From NCBI RefSeq assembly GCF_964355755.1, contig NC_092680.1, positions 14,827,045 to 14,891,044 on the forward strand: a stretch of 64,000 bases of DNA, read 5' to 3'. Source of the stretch: Antedon mediterranea (lineage: Eukaryota; Animalia; Echinodermata). The position numbers were made by a program, and so were the translations under genes. Below the pieces are notes generated by a model. It saw only the letters and a list, made by a program, of their open reading frames with translations. It had not been told where the DNA came from and ran no database searches. The stretch's first letter is position 1, and the number at the start of each line of letters is the position of its first letter. Shown here one piece after another: positions 50,939-64,000 of the stretch.

Positions 50939-53900
50939 TCAATTTGTTCCTTCATCTTCTTCATCACTTATTCCGTTTATTTCATCTTCATCCCCTCCAA
51001 TGGCCTTCCAAAATGCTATGGCAACATTCTCTGCATACTTCTTCCTCTGTTCTGCAGGTAATGAATTAGCTTTTTCTGGAAATAGAATGGTTTTTTTTTA
51101 TTGTAAAAGCAATCAATGGTAATCATTTCATATACTAGGTCGATTATATCATAATCTAATATGACTACAAGAACATAAAAGAAGACTGTAGACAAAAATA
51201 ATTAAACCATGAGATCCACTTTTTCTTCAAAGTGAAAAACTATTGTGACATTAATATGGCATATTAAAAAAATATTTGTTCAGGGGGATAATATATCTTT
51301 AAATAAGTGTAGCAGAATATATAATGAATGGAGTTCATGTTTTACAGAACAATCAGAGGCTAACAGAGATTTCAAACATCAGGAGACTTCATTATCATTT
51401 AATATACTGTAGGACACAATGTCTATGCCAGAAGCTTTTCAGATGTGGCATATGGCTGATCTGGATTGTTTGCAAAGAATTTTGTGCCTTCCTACAGTAG
51501 TTGAAATTGCACCTTTACTGGGAGATGGGATTTGGGATTACGGAGCGATGATTCTAAATATCGTGGAAACTCCCATGTTTAACAGGACACTTGGGAGGTC
51601 TGGACTATTCATGAGATCCGTTAGGTGGCACTAATCTGTTATTTACTATTGTTGCCACCTCGCCCCTACTGTAGTTATCATTGCAATGAAAAGAGTTGTG
51701 GCTTGGTGGTTATGATGCTTGACTACCACTCTAAGGGTCCCGGGTTCAACTCCACTCCCAAAGACTTGTAATAAGACTTTGTTTATGTAGAGCATCTTGT
51801 GTATATGTTTGTCTTGTGAACCTCTGAGGGTCCCTAATGATCAGCAATTGCTGGATGGATCATCCTCAATAAATAAGGTAAAAAAAAAAAAAAAAAATGA
51901 GAAGCTAATTTAGATATACACACCTTTCATGCTGGCCATCCTTGCAAATAATTGTTCAAACGATTCCCCTCCAGGATCTTCATTACCTAGAGCTTCAAAT
52001 AACTTCATGTCGTCATCAAACATTGAATCTAAATAAAAAGTAATACAGTCAACTCTCCCAATACCGGACACCTTTGGGCTGGCCAAATTTGCAATGTGTT
52101 TTAATGATAAAAAGTCTGGTATTGGAAGAGTTTCTGGTTTGCAGAGTCGACTCGGTAGTTGTCCTAGACCCTTTCAACCATGACTGTGTAAATGTGAACA
52201 AAAGCTTATTTATTTATTTTATAAATTTTGTGAACTGTATATTTGATGAGACATAATTTTCAGTATACAAACAAAATGTTTTTTACAAACCTATTCGAGT
52301 TTTCTTTGATTGGTCTTTTTCTTTTTCTTCATTCTTTCTTCCTTTTTCTTTTTCACTTGTTGACCTCCCAGATGCCTCTGATAATAAATTAGCCTCGTTT
52401 GATACAGACGCTTCTGCACTGCCAACTTCTGAAAGACTGGTAACTGAGGCTACTGCTAATTCTTCTAACTTTGGTTCAATTTCTGTTTTTGGTTCATGTT
52501 CTTGTTTTTCTCGTTTGTTTTCATCTTTAGCACCTTTTTCCGAGTCCTCTATTCTAAAGGTTCCAGGCATAAAGCTAGGCATGAAGCCTATTCTCTCTGA
52601 TAAAATAGCATATAGGTATAATTAATAGAGATACAAAAAACAGGATATCCCATAATATCCTAGGAGAGCATGCAAAAGTAGATAATAAGTCAGAAGTAGT
52701 CAGAACTGATCGGGGTAAGATGTATTGGAATAATACAACTACAGCTGCTTACGGACTTGAAACCAACACCAAAAAGTCCAAACTTTTGGGTGTTTTTTCG
52801 TGGCGTATTATTTGATTGACATTGTTAATTGTTTTCCGTAATTGTGGCGTTTTCATGTTCAACAATATAACAAACCATTTGGATTTGTTTTGTTTGTGTG
52901 TTTATTTTTTTTATTTCAATGGTTTTGATATTTTGCAATTTTTTGTTGTGGGATATTTTATTTATATTTGCTACTTTTTAAATTAAATTGTGGTCTAGTT
53001 TTGATTTGTTGCTTGAAGCGGTACACATTTTGCAGATTCGAACTCAATTGTACTGAACATTGATATCAATGGCCACATCCTTTTACTCACGGAGCTAAAC
53101 CGTGATTTACGAAATATGTTATGTAATTAATTAAAACTCCAGCGATGCGATCAGTCGATATGGTTGGCTGGCTGCCGAGACTAAACACTGTTTTAATTTG
53201 ATGGCTCAGCATGGTATTTGTAGATCCGGCCATTGTGGTACACAACAGAGGCGGTTCATTAATCGCTGAGACATCAAATTACGGTTATTTTTTTGCATTT
53301 TTTTAGTTTTTATCCTAATATTCAGGAAAGTGATATAGCCTATCATGTGCAGCCCATCAATAAACATCAGTGTGCCAAATGTGAGCATGTATCATTCAGC
53401 GGTTTCAGAGGAGAAACATAAAATTACACAACAAAATGAGTAGCATTGATATATAGATGATAGCACACCTTAGGGATTCACATTATTTTTAAAAACGTCA
53501 TTGCGCTCTCTAATGTTTGGCCATGTTTCTATATATCATTTTTTCCAAGTTAGAGGACCTGGAATAGACCAGTGGATGAAAGAAGTTGATACCTTTGAGT
53601 TGCATGTTTGACCACATACATGCATTTAGTGCTTGCACAATTCTTTCGACACCTATCGTTTCTGCAAATCCATCTAGAATAAAATATTAATAAATATAAC
53701 TATAAGATGGGAAGATAACACAGTTTGAGATACAATTTTCAATAGCGTTGTTTAATTAGTTTAGTGTATTCTCTTGTAATGTAATAAATAGGCAGTTTGG
53801 ACAAGCTTAGGTATTCGTATACGTGTACTATACTATTGTATTTATTCTTGGTCCTTAAACTTAATTGGGCCCTCCACGGACTCATGGCAGCCAGAAATGC

Positions 53901-56900
53901 AGAGCCTACCAGATCAGCACAACGGGAGACGATCCCCTACTCTTTTCAAATAGTGTACCAAGTTCTTTAACGTGCACTATGTACATGGCACCAATGGCTT
54001 TACATCACATCCGAAGGACGAGGCAAGGCGAATAAAGCATCTTGCCTAAGGATGCAATCTGTATGGTACAGATAGGCTCGACACATGCCTATCTCATGCC
54101 AGTCCGATATTATCATTACACCATCTGGTATATACAGCACCCGCTGCCATTACGAAACCAGGCCTAATGTTGCTTACTTTCAACGATCTGACGAAAAACA
54201 GTGTTTCAACGCAGTATGGCCGTATTCAACGCAGTATGGCTGTGTTTCGAGGTGCAGAATTCATTTCACACGTTTAAGATTTATTCGTTAAAATAAGTTG
54301 ATCAATGTGGCACAGTTTTACCAGCAAAACTTAAACATAAATGATTATTGAATTTAGACAGAGTTTAGTATAAAAATATGCCAAGCAAACGACAAAAGAG
54401 GAAAAAATGTTGGCTAAGGTCTAGCCTACACCTACTAGTATATCCTCTACTGGTACGTAAATGATTTTGCCCAAATAAAAACAGCTATAAATTCAAACTT
54501 ATTCGTATACCTGCTGTGATGAATATGTATGCGTATACGTGAGTTTGCCCAAACTCTCTATTGACCTGTAAGACAGCAATTATTAACATATATTATGACA
54601 AAATAAATACCATCTTCCTCCTCTTCTTCATCATTATCGTCTTCTCCTGAATTTAACTCAACAAGTTCTATAGATTTATCTAAGCACCAATGAACTACAG
54701 TGTCCCTCGTTACTTCTACAAAGAAAATGTAAAAAAAAAAAACCTTTGTTTTAATTCAGCATACAACAACAGTAAATTACCAATCGAAGGATAACCAAAC
54801 CCACATTATATAAATTTAATAATAAGTTCTGGCTTTGGTAGTACTGGTACTTTGTTGCTGTGTGAAACAATCATAAAAGTCATTATGAGGAGATAATATG
54901 GGACATATTCTAAGAAAAGATGAACCAGTTAAGAGAGCTTGGCATTCAGAAGTTGGAGGTAGAAAAGGTCAACCAAAAGTGATGTAGGAAGATACGGTAA
55001 AGAAAGAAAGTAGGAAAGTTGGAAAGGGTGAAATTACATTGGAGTGAACATGATGGGCAAGACAGCGCAAGACAGGAAGAAGTGGAGAGATGGTGTAGCA
55101 GGCTGGACCAAGTGTTGACAGCCAGTAAACCCTTGAAAGAAGAAGGAAGCTGACTCAAATAAAAGATAATGATACTGTTTTTGTATCTATTGTATTATTA
55201 TTATTACTATTAGTTGTATTTTGTATTATTTTATGGGCACCATCTTTCCTATTCTCAATCCTGATTATTTGTGACCAAATATCATATTAATAGAATTACG
55301 TTAAAAATTGTGTTTACCCTGGAATGCTGTTAAGCACTGATTATTAGATTTGACTTCAAACCTAAATTTCAGTTGCCTAACAATCTGTATACCGAAATTT
55401 AACTCACCGCCATCATCATCGAATTTTACACATGCTAGTATTTGTATCTCTGGTTCCATCTGGTCTATGAAAGGCATCCATTGTTTTACTGATGAGAAAC
55501 TGCCTGACTATAGTATATAGGAAGAAAAACAATACATAAATGAAATTAAGCATAGATACAAATCTAGACAACTGGATCTGAGACATTTTAAAGAAAACAC
55601 ATATTACTGAGGATTACATCTCTCCTGTGTCAAGAGCTAGTAATTTTGCAGCTTCAAAGCCTTTTTTCAATTCTGAACAAGTGCCAGGGTTGTAACTTAC
55701 AAATCTTTCAACTCCACAGTCTTAAAACACCAAATTAACTTCATCTTTATTATTCTTTTTCTTTCCCCCGAGTAGAAGGGGAAAAAGAAAAAAAAAACTG
55801 TATATTTAAATAAATATGTTAAAAATTACTTGTTAAGAACAATGAACTGGCCTAAGGAAAGCAATTGATAAGCAAATTTAGCAACTGTAGAACAGTGGTT
55901 GCCATCACACATAAAAAAATTGAATTTTGCTAAATTTGTTAGATCTGAAAAGGATCGGTTGAGCTGGCTAATATAGTTGAATAAATGAGATCTGATTTCA
56001 TTATAAATTGAACATTCCATTAAACAGTGTGTATATCATCTTCAATACAATTCTTCACGTTACACAGACTACATTTCCTACTACATTAACTGGTGTTTAT
56101 TATTATAAATAACGCCCAATTTCAATGGCTATTGGTGCACAATCAGATCTAAAAAGCGCCAGGGCCTGTCTATTACATTTTTTCATGAGGGTGGTTACAT
56201 AACTAGCTGTTCCAAAGGTATTTATGAAAGATCGGTAGGTACGCAATTTATTGTGAGCATTTGGATTTCTTCTATCATCGTTAACATATTTTTCTTCCAA
56301 ACGGGTTTGCAGTTAAATTACTCATGAATACCTTATCATCGGTAATGATCACCACTGCATTTACAGATTCTGCAAACTCGGCTGTGCCTATTGTCTTTTG
56401 TGTGGTAGTACAGAGTTGTATATCTGCTGTATAATACTTGTTATCAACGGTCCATGGGTAACCAATAATCTCTTCAATAACATTTGTGTGTTCAGGCAAT
56501 TCCTCCTGTCCAATGATTTCTGTTAAATTAAAATTATATACATACAGTGAGAGTACACAGTAGAGTACAGAGCATTTTTGTGATTACAAGCAGATTTTTT
56601 GGTTCGGACAATCTTCATGCTCAACATAAATATAATAAACAAACTATACTCAATAGCCTAATAAAGTCTCAATCGAATATGATATTATAAGCTCACAGTT
56701 ACAACAAATTGCGTCATAACTTTAAATCTGAAAATGTTTGATGACATTAGTAATATAACCATTGAATGAAAAACGATGGACAAATCAATGATTTTATTTA
56801 GTAAATAAAGACATCAACATTTTACACCATAGTAGAAGGTAGGCTAGACAAATGTTATTAGTGTGTTATTTTATGAGGGTCCTGGGCTCGTTATAGCCTA

Positions 56901-58476
56901 GGTGCTACTGCACTTTCGCACCTTAATCTCTCTTTGGCTCACTAAATATTGTGCAAAAGTACAGTAGCGCCGGTTATTAATATTAGTATTACTGTACTCT
57001 ATATAAATAGGCCTAGGCCAGGTAGGTACTTCAAACTAGCTAGTAGGCCTGTCACATCAAAATCGGTCTGGGCCAAAATTGGTCCGGCGGAGGGACCATT
57101 TATGGCTGTCAAAACCTGTCCGGGCAGACCTTTTTTAGCCGGAAAAACTAGTCCGGCCTGGATAAAATTAGTACGGGCAGTCGGACTGCTTTTGGCAGCC
57201 AAATATGGTCCGGTCAAATATATGATACGTAGCCTTACACCAGTTTTACTTTAAAATGTATAGCTTTTATTTTATATAGAAAAAACGTCACAATTTACAT
57301 AAAAGGGATTCCGGATTTGTTAGTTTTAGTGGCAGAAAAAGAAGACATAAAAAAAAAGATACGTCTACTTGTTTAGTGCATAGTAACTGTTTATAGCGTC
57401 GGATTTTTAGCCCGCCTAATATTATGACGAAATGTGCCCGACAATGACAAAGAAAAATCACCTCAGATATGTACGGTTATCGTCATTTGTGTGTAGGTCC
57501 CTATTAAGGTATTAAAAACCAAGGCACTAATGTTTAATGAGCTTTGTAAAACTCATCCTATAGCATTTTGCTTGGAAATTATAAATGAAACTTCCCTATA
57601 TCACAAAGCTATCATTTTTGTTAATAAGAAGATGATGCTGAAGTTTTTTTATATGCCAGCCAAAAACACTTTTATTTCTATGGTTCATATTTATTACATT
57701 AAAGATGTATTGTCCCCCTGAAAAAATAATTAAAACAATTTTTTTGTTGACTATTCCATTTTATTGTCACATAATATTAATAGTAATCCACTTTGAACAA
57801 AAATTGAATCGAAAAAAAATGTATGTATTGTAAGTTGAAAAAACTGTAATTTAAAGCAAAATATGGTCAAATTGGCTGCCAGCCAATGGGTTTTTGGTTG
57901 AATTTGACAATTTTTTTGTCATTAATTTTATATAATTAACTTTATTAAAACTACAAAATAACCTAATCAAATTCTGATTTAGTTAATCTTCATTTTTCAT
58001 GTTTTGGGGGGGGGGGGGGGGGGACAATACATCTTTAATAAAGAAGCACATTTTTACAAAGCACACACATCTACGAGACCTGTAAAATAAAATGAAAAAA
58101 ATAAAATTTTAATCAATATTCATTTTGATCAAAATATTCAGTAAAATAATATTAATATAACTTTAAATCCGTGGCTGTACACTGTACTCACTCCAGCGCG
58201 CGCTGTACTGTTTTGTAGTAGTGGAGACTAGAGACCAACCTAGTAAGCTAGCTAGGCTTCTACTACTAGCCTAGCTCTAAGCCTAGCTTTTTTTTAGTCT
58301 ATTTTAATTATTTAAAGGTTGAAATGTTTACCACTTAGAATCTAGGCCTAGGCCTAGGCATAGTCTAGATAAACAAATAAAATGATTAATTAACATAATA
58401 GTATAATCTCACGCTTAATAAGATCAGTAGGCTGAAGATTGCAACAACTAACGATTAGTGCACAGGGCGCAGCCAT
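50939..58476 (-). CDS. AAGAB: Alpha- and gamma-adaptin-binding protein p34, ~361 aa
   Basis: Exons 58476-58413, 56519-56332, 55507-55408, 54715-54611, 53673-53593, 52596-52291, 52028-51924, 51075-50939 (1086 nt). Motifs [98 protein letters not shown]. Confidence 0.95.
51692..51897 (+). mobile_element. tRNA-derived SINE with poly(A) tail
   Basis: A box TGGCTTGGTGG, B box GGTTCAACTCC, then AATAAA followed by an A run. Confidence 0.7.
53860..54100 (-). mobile_element. Deu-domain-like SINE copy
   Basis: Shares long segments with 9637-9790 and the CCCCTACTC...TTCTTTAA.GTGCAC core with 33392-33720. Confidence 0.7.
54880..55212 (+). mobile_element. Degraded 3' fragment of an RTE-like LINE
   Basis: Translates to [15 protein letters not shown]...G and AQDRKKWR, typical of RTE C-termini, followed by a (TTA)n tail. 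Confidence 0.6.
55800..56295 (-). mobile_element. Degraded 3' fragment of a non-LTR retrotransposon (RTEX-like C-terminus)
   Basis: NKLRTYRSF...F..ASY...RQALALFR...IAIEIGRY...IEDDIH...ECSIYNEIR, interrupted by stops and frameshifts. Confidence 0.7.
57703..58034. mobile_element. Kolobok-type MITE of an abundant family (partial copies at ~2489-2610, 8629-8790, 37451-37760, 47890-48190, 50335-50417, 51225-51302)
   Basis: TTAA-AGATGTATTGTCCCCC...GGGGGACAATACATCT-TTAA. The internal motifs GTCACATAAT, CACTTTGA and AAAACTGTAATTTAAAGCAAAA recur at the listed sites. Confidence 0.85.
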
Positions 58477-58858
58477 TTTGTAATTAGGATATAACCTAAC
58501 CTCTGACCTCATAAGTGCAAAAAAGAAAAGAAAGGAAATTAAATAATGAATAATAGTAATACGTTTTACCGAGCATGGAGGAATAAATTAGAAACGTGTT
58601 CTTTTTTTTCAAATATTCATTGTATGATCATCTTTAAACATAAATAATAGGTCAGGCTGGCTTCCCGATTCATCTTGACTTCTTGACTGTACTGACAATT
58701 TTGAAGTTTAATTTTATTAATACAGTACTTAACTTACCCATAAAAACTTTGGAAGAGTCCAGTAAATAAACGACCTCAAACTAGTCATGCGGAAAATCAC
58801 AACAAAACCTGTCAACGTGGGGGAGGTGAGCAGGCACACGGATGTGGAAGTTAAAGAG
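58477..58858. promoter_or_regulatory. AAGAB promoter with a possible divergent plus-strand first exon ending at a strong donor (GAG|GTAAGC at 58858/58859)
   Basis: YY1/Kozak-like CAAAATGGCTGC overlaps the AAGAB ATG. An open 24-codon frame runs from 58787 to the donor at 58858. No downstream coding exon could be identified in the window. Confidence 0.4.
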
Positions 58859-60279
58859 GTAAGCAAGTTTACGTTCATTTTTGGAAGGTACTGTACAATA
58901 AAAAGTAAGTTAATTACACCTAATCTTGTGAATTTAGGCATGGCATAATAGACTAATTTGACATGAAATATAATAATTTGAACTATGTTATCATGGCTTA
59001 CATTAGGACTACTAGTACTAGTATAGTTAGGCCTAATAGTAGCAGTTGTGTTAATCATGTGATTCTAGATGGTCAAGGACCAGGAGGCCAAGGTGAAGCA
59101 TGCAATCCAAATTTGAATTATCGACTTAAAATTGTTTTATACTTTATACTGAAACTGCCGAATGTGTATTAACTGCTTAATAGGTATATATCTGTTGCTT
59201 TCTGATTGATTTTGGACCATAAACAGGTGACATGCAATTGGTGCTGCTGGATATTTCAACACTTGTGAATATTGTGTTACACCAGATATTTTATCATTAA
59301 AAAATAAGACATTTCGATACAATGAATGTTTTATTGAATTTTATTGAATAAAATAAAAATGTTTTTCTGTAATAAGTGTGTTAGATATATTATATATATT
59401 TATTATCGTTAGTGTTAATATTATTTCTTTGTTTTAAGAACTATATCAACTTAAAAATTTCTACTAACTTTTTATACTTTATAGTGACACTGCTGGTAGG
59501 TGTACAGATTATATCTGTTATCTTTGAATTATTGGTTTTTTTTAATGTTAAATAGATAAATAAAAAGAAAGAAAAAAAGGTATACTGAATAAAAAACCTT
59601 ACTATGTAAATAAGTTTATTCTTTCTTTTTTCTTCGGCAAAAGTTACATTACGTTATAATTATGTAACATACAAAAGACAAAGAACATGTAAAACCCAAA
59701 TATGCTGCCGCCAGTGAGCGCTCATCATAGCCATTACGCCACTGCTTAAACAACCCATAAAAGTTTGAAACACTTGTTTCCATTTGGGAGACAAAATTGA
59801 CCAGATGTTGTTACATTATAACATTTATTAATCACTTTAATATTTAATTTATTTTGAAAAATTCATAAAATAATAAACAATTAAATTGATTATTTTAAAA
59901 AAATGTACTATTAGTAGGAACAGTAAATAACAATTTAAAGGATTAATGCATTTTTATTATAGAATCTCTCATAAAAGTATTGGTTTACCGGTATGTTAAA
60001 TTTTGATAGCTTTGAGTTCCATTGTTTGATGCTGTTTTACTTGAGTATTGATGTTGTGGAATTGAAAATCATAGTAAAACATTTATTTATTCATTTTTTT
60101 TTTCATTTTCCACACCGACAGCGAGCAATTAAACACCCCAGGAATTACTGTAATACAGTAAAAATACTATTTAAAAAATATTAAAATCAGTGGAACAAAT
60201 AAGAGAATTCAATTTTAAGCAAGTCTGGAAATATATTAATAGGTAATTATTAAAATTGACTGATCTTTCTGATATCTAG

Positions 60280-60763
60280 ACCCTGTTTCTGCTGCTAAGT
60301 AAATACTCTATTAATACGTTATTTTTGGAAAACCGTATTTACAGTATATTTTTGGCAGTGGAAATAGAGCTCATAAAAAATATACCATATTTTTCCCACC
60401 AAATTTGTGGATAAAATATGATATTTATAAATTTATACTGTATTTTGTGTTTTCATTTTCTGCTGCCAATAAAAAATACCGTATACAGTATTTTGATTTT
60501 CTGTTAGCTTTTTACACATAGATGGATAATCTATAGTCAATGAAAGTAAGGAACAACATTCACAACATTTGCAATAATAATCTGTTGGGAAAGACTGTGA
60601 AAGCAGCGACTACAACATCGCCAAAGATACGGTAACAATTTCTAATTCGGGCAAGGAAGGAATAACTTTTTCCCATTTTGAGGGATCTAAAGGCAGATTG
60701 GGTAAAAAAGATTAATTTTAACATGACCACCCAAGATAGTACTTGTAGCAGAGAAACAGGGTA
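60280..60763. mobile_element. MITE-like element with terminal inverted repeats
   Basis: ACCCTGTTTCTGCTGCTAAGTA versus TACTTGTAGCAGAGAAACAGGGT, with internal AATACC(G/A)TAT repeats. Confidence 0.55.
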
Positions 60764-62241
60764 TTAAAAAATATGGTATAAAATATACCGTATTTTATAC
60801 CATTTTGAGGATATGCAGCAGAAACATGCCCTTATACAGTCTTTTCTTTGTTTTTTATTTCAGTCTTTTGTTTTCCTTTTGTGTATTGTTATGTTGATGA
60901 TACTAATCAATGTTATAATAATACGCCATACCTGACACTACAGATCATATCAATGGTGTATAATTATATCTTAATTAGAGATCTTATCAGATTCACACCT
61001 CAATTAGTGAAATATGATAAAGCCAGGGAGTCTAATAAATGAATCTTCACTAACATGCAATGACCACTCATGAGAAATAGTTTCATATAACTACTGTTAG
61101 AACATATCTTGATCATAACATATCTCCAAGGAGACCTAAACCTAGAACAAAGGCATAGATTATAGTTGATAATGAATAGACATGATGACAGATTGGTAAT
61201 TAGTGTATAATCTACAGTATATAATAATATGGTGTGTGGTACGCTTGTGTTAATTTGTGTCATGGTTTCCAATTTGCCACCCTTGGGAATGCTAATTGAC
61301 TTGCATGATGATGGTGTAGTTTACTGTGATAATTATATATGAATATAATTTTTAAAAAAACATTACCTTAGGTAAAATATCAAATCTACAGTCACTTTTA
61401 AACAAAATTATAGGTATTTCTTTTATTAACCATATTGCAAAGAGAGGAGGAGCCACCCAGTGCCTACTATTAATGGCAGAGATTTAGGCCATGCAAAAAA
61501 GCCATGGCGATAGTCACATTTTGGCAGAGGAGTGGCGCATCATGTTGGTTTTCAGTGTCACTACCAATCAGCTGGTAAATGTTTCAACCTGACCACTTTT
61601 TAAATAAGACCTTCAACAACCCTGTGGCCCGCACAGGGGATTGTTCCTTTTTTGCGATCACCGCACCACTTTATTTCTTGTGGCTATGAATCTACATTAT
61701 TTATCAGCCTGTTGGATCTCAATTCAAAAATGTATTCTAAAATGTATTCATTTAGACACCATGTCAAAATAATTCTACTGCAGTACTGTCTAATACTGCA
61801 AAAAGCATGATTTCAGTTAATTTAATGTTGAATTTGTTAGCGAGTCATTGCAATAAATAGTGTGTATGATTACCCAATAAAAGATTTGGCTATTTAAATA
61901 TATCTACTACAGTTAAACTGCAGTACAATAATTTTTACAAAAAGAAATCTTGTTTCCTAGTATTTGTTATGAATAAATATATTTCCTGTTATATCTGGTT
62001 TCATGTTCACATTATGAAGTACCTTTAGGTATGTCCCTTTGGTAATTAAGCAATGAGGAAAACATCTGAATCTTTACCTCATAGGGTGTCAGTTAAAGAA
62101 AAATTGAACATAAGTACCTCACTGGTCTAAATAAGAAATATATGATACTTTTTCTTTTGTATTTGTTATATTTTATATTTGTTATTTCAAAGGTTACACC
62201 TATATATAAGTGTACAACTGATCTTAAGGTATAATTTCAAA

Positions 62242-63590
62242 TCTCTATATTATAAGTGAGAGAGTTTGTACGTTTGTTTGTTTGTTCGTTATACACATTT
62301 TCGTTACTGCACACTTGTACGTTTGTTTGTTTGTTCATTATACACATTTTCGTTACGGCACATAACCTTACATATTGGGTATCAAATTGACCGAAATTGT
62401 ACCGGGAAAGTTTTAAACTACATTTGAAAAACATCCGCAATCTAGGATCAAAGTTAGGGGCCAAAATGTGGTCAAAATGGCCAACTTTTCCACACTTTTG
62501 ATGTTTGTTCGTTATACAAATTTCTGTTTCTGCACGTAACCATACATATGGGGTATCAAAATGACCACAATTGTACCGGGAAGGTTTTAAATTACATTTC
62601 AACAATTCCCCGAGTCCGGGTTAGGTGTTTGAGAGGATGGTGGGGATTTTTGCTTGGGCTAGGGGTTATAGGCTATCAAATTGACCAGAATTGTAGTATG
62701 ACATTATTAAAGTATTTTAATTATCTCTGGGGCTCTCTGAGAGTTTGGGGTGGGGTCGTAGGCCTTTCAACATGTCTGAAACTGTACTGGCAGTGTAATG
62801 TACAAACTATGTTTGAAAACTGCCACTGAGGGGTTATGGGTTCGGATTAATGGCTTAACACACATCTTAAACACCAAGAATGGAGTGTGTTGAAAGGGGA
62901 AAGTGTAGAGATACTGGGATTTGGCGGTAATAGAAGTACAACATAATTGGAATTGTACTGGGAAAGTTTACTACATTTGAACTGTCCTGGGGAGGAGTTA
63001 AGGTTTGGTTATTGTGGTGGGATGAGGAGAGGAGAAAGAATATAAGCTGGGGAAGAGGAATTCAGCGGTATCCAAATTAGATATTTTATTCAATATGCAA
63101 TCCAATATGATACCTATTCATTTAGAGGACTTTAAGCCATGCCTATCAGCGATGTATCACCCTCTTAATATTAAGATGCTAAAGTTGGGTATCAAAATGA
63201 CCACAATTGTACCTGGAAAGTTCTAAACTATATTTCAACATCATCCACCATCTTGCATCCAACATAACCGAAACTGTACTGGGAATGTTTTAAACTACAT
63301 TTGAAAACTGCCATTGAGTTATTATGTGTTCGGAGTGGAAACGTCTTAAACACATCACCCAGTATCTGGTGTGTGTTGGGAGGGAGGTGACGGGGGAGAA
63401 AATACTGGCGTAATGAAGTATAACATGATTAAAATTGTACTACGTTTGAACTGTCCAGGGGAGGAGTTAGGTTTGTTGATTGTGGCTGTGATGGTGAGAG
63501 GAGAAAGAAGGCTGGGGGCCACAGTATCAAAATTAGATATTTTAATTATCAGCCAAAATGACACCTATTCATTTAGACAGTTTATATAGG
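62242..63590. mobile_element. Helitron-like non-autonomous element(s) with internally repeated modules
   Basis: The 5' end TCTCTATATTATAAGTGAGAGAGTTTGT..(GTTT)n resembles invertebrate non-autonomous Helitrons. The module GGGTATCAAA.TGACC..AATTGTAC.GGGAAAGTTTTAAACTACATTT recurs about 6 times in degenerate form. No clear 3' CTRR end was found. Confidence 0.45.
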
Positions 63591-64000
63591 CCTATCATAG
63601 CTACTGTATGTATACCCCTCTCATTTTCAATCAATCAAAGTAACATTTATTTTCTTCAAATTAAAACAGTATACAAAATGGTGTAAAGAAAGGTAATTAA
63701 ATTGAAGTAGGCATGTTAAAAAAAACCAAAAAGCTTGTGACAGACATGCCTATAAACAAAGATGAGATTTGTCCTGTAAAGAATTTTTTTTTTATCTGAA
63801 TAGAGCTAATTAACTAAAACAAATGTTAAGATTTCTTTTAATTGTGTTAACTTTTTAATTCGTATCCATTACTGATTTTTTCTTTTTTTTCCCCTTTCTA
63901 TTATAAGTTTCCTTTTCAACATACAACACTGGTTTGCAGAATATCATAATGAATAGTGAACTTATCTTTGAATTCACTTACTCACTGAACTTATAAATTT

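Noticed and set aside
51692-51760. tRNA gene (also the heads at 18590-18650 and 33615-33720)
   Set aside because: A and B boxes are present but no complete cloverleaf, and each continues into a SINE body or tail.

Overview
AT-rich eukaryotic genomic DNA with spliceosomal GT-AG introns. It is most likely from an invertebrate animal; Deu-domain-like SINEs suggest a marine invertebrate such as an echinoderm, which is inference only. I assembled five protein-coding genes by hand, exon by exon, with consistent reading-frame phases: (1) an uncharacterised 773-aa protein with three CCCH fingers, an RWD-like domain and a CHY zinc finger (minus, 4086-11074); (2) YTHDC2 RNA helicase (minus, 31 coding exons, 1462 aa, 16562-43689); (3) a TRIM-NHL E3 ligase with an uninterrupted CDS nested antisense in a YTHDC2 intron (plus, 33883-35736); (4) phosphomevalonate kinase PMVK (plus, head-to-head with YTHDC2); (5) AAGAB/p34 (minus, tail-to-tail with PMVK). 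Introns and UTRs hold many MITEs with readable TIRs and TSDs (Kolobok-, Harbinger-, Tc1/pogo- and hAT-type), tRNA-derived SINEs, truncated LINEs and several minisatellites. The most notable observations are an apparently intact type I hammerhead ribozyme in a TSD-flanked Penelope-like insertion beside a YTHDC2 splice acceptor, a YTH domain that appears to have lost part of its m6A aromatic cage, the nested TRIM-NHL gene, a triplicated 5' splice site in YTHDC2, and the uncharacterised CCCH-RWD-CHY protein. There is no CRISPR array or other prokaryotic system. All coordinates were counted by hand and may be off by a few bases.
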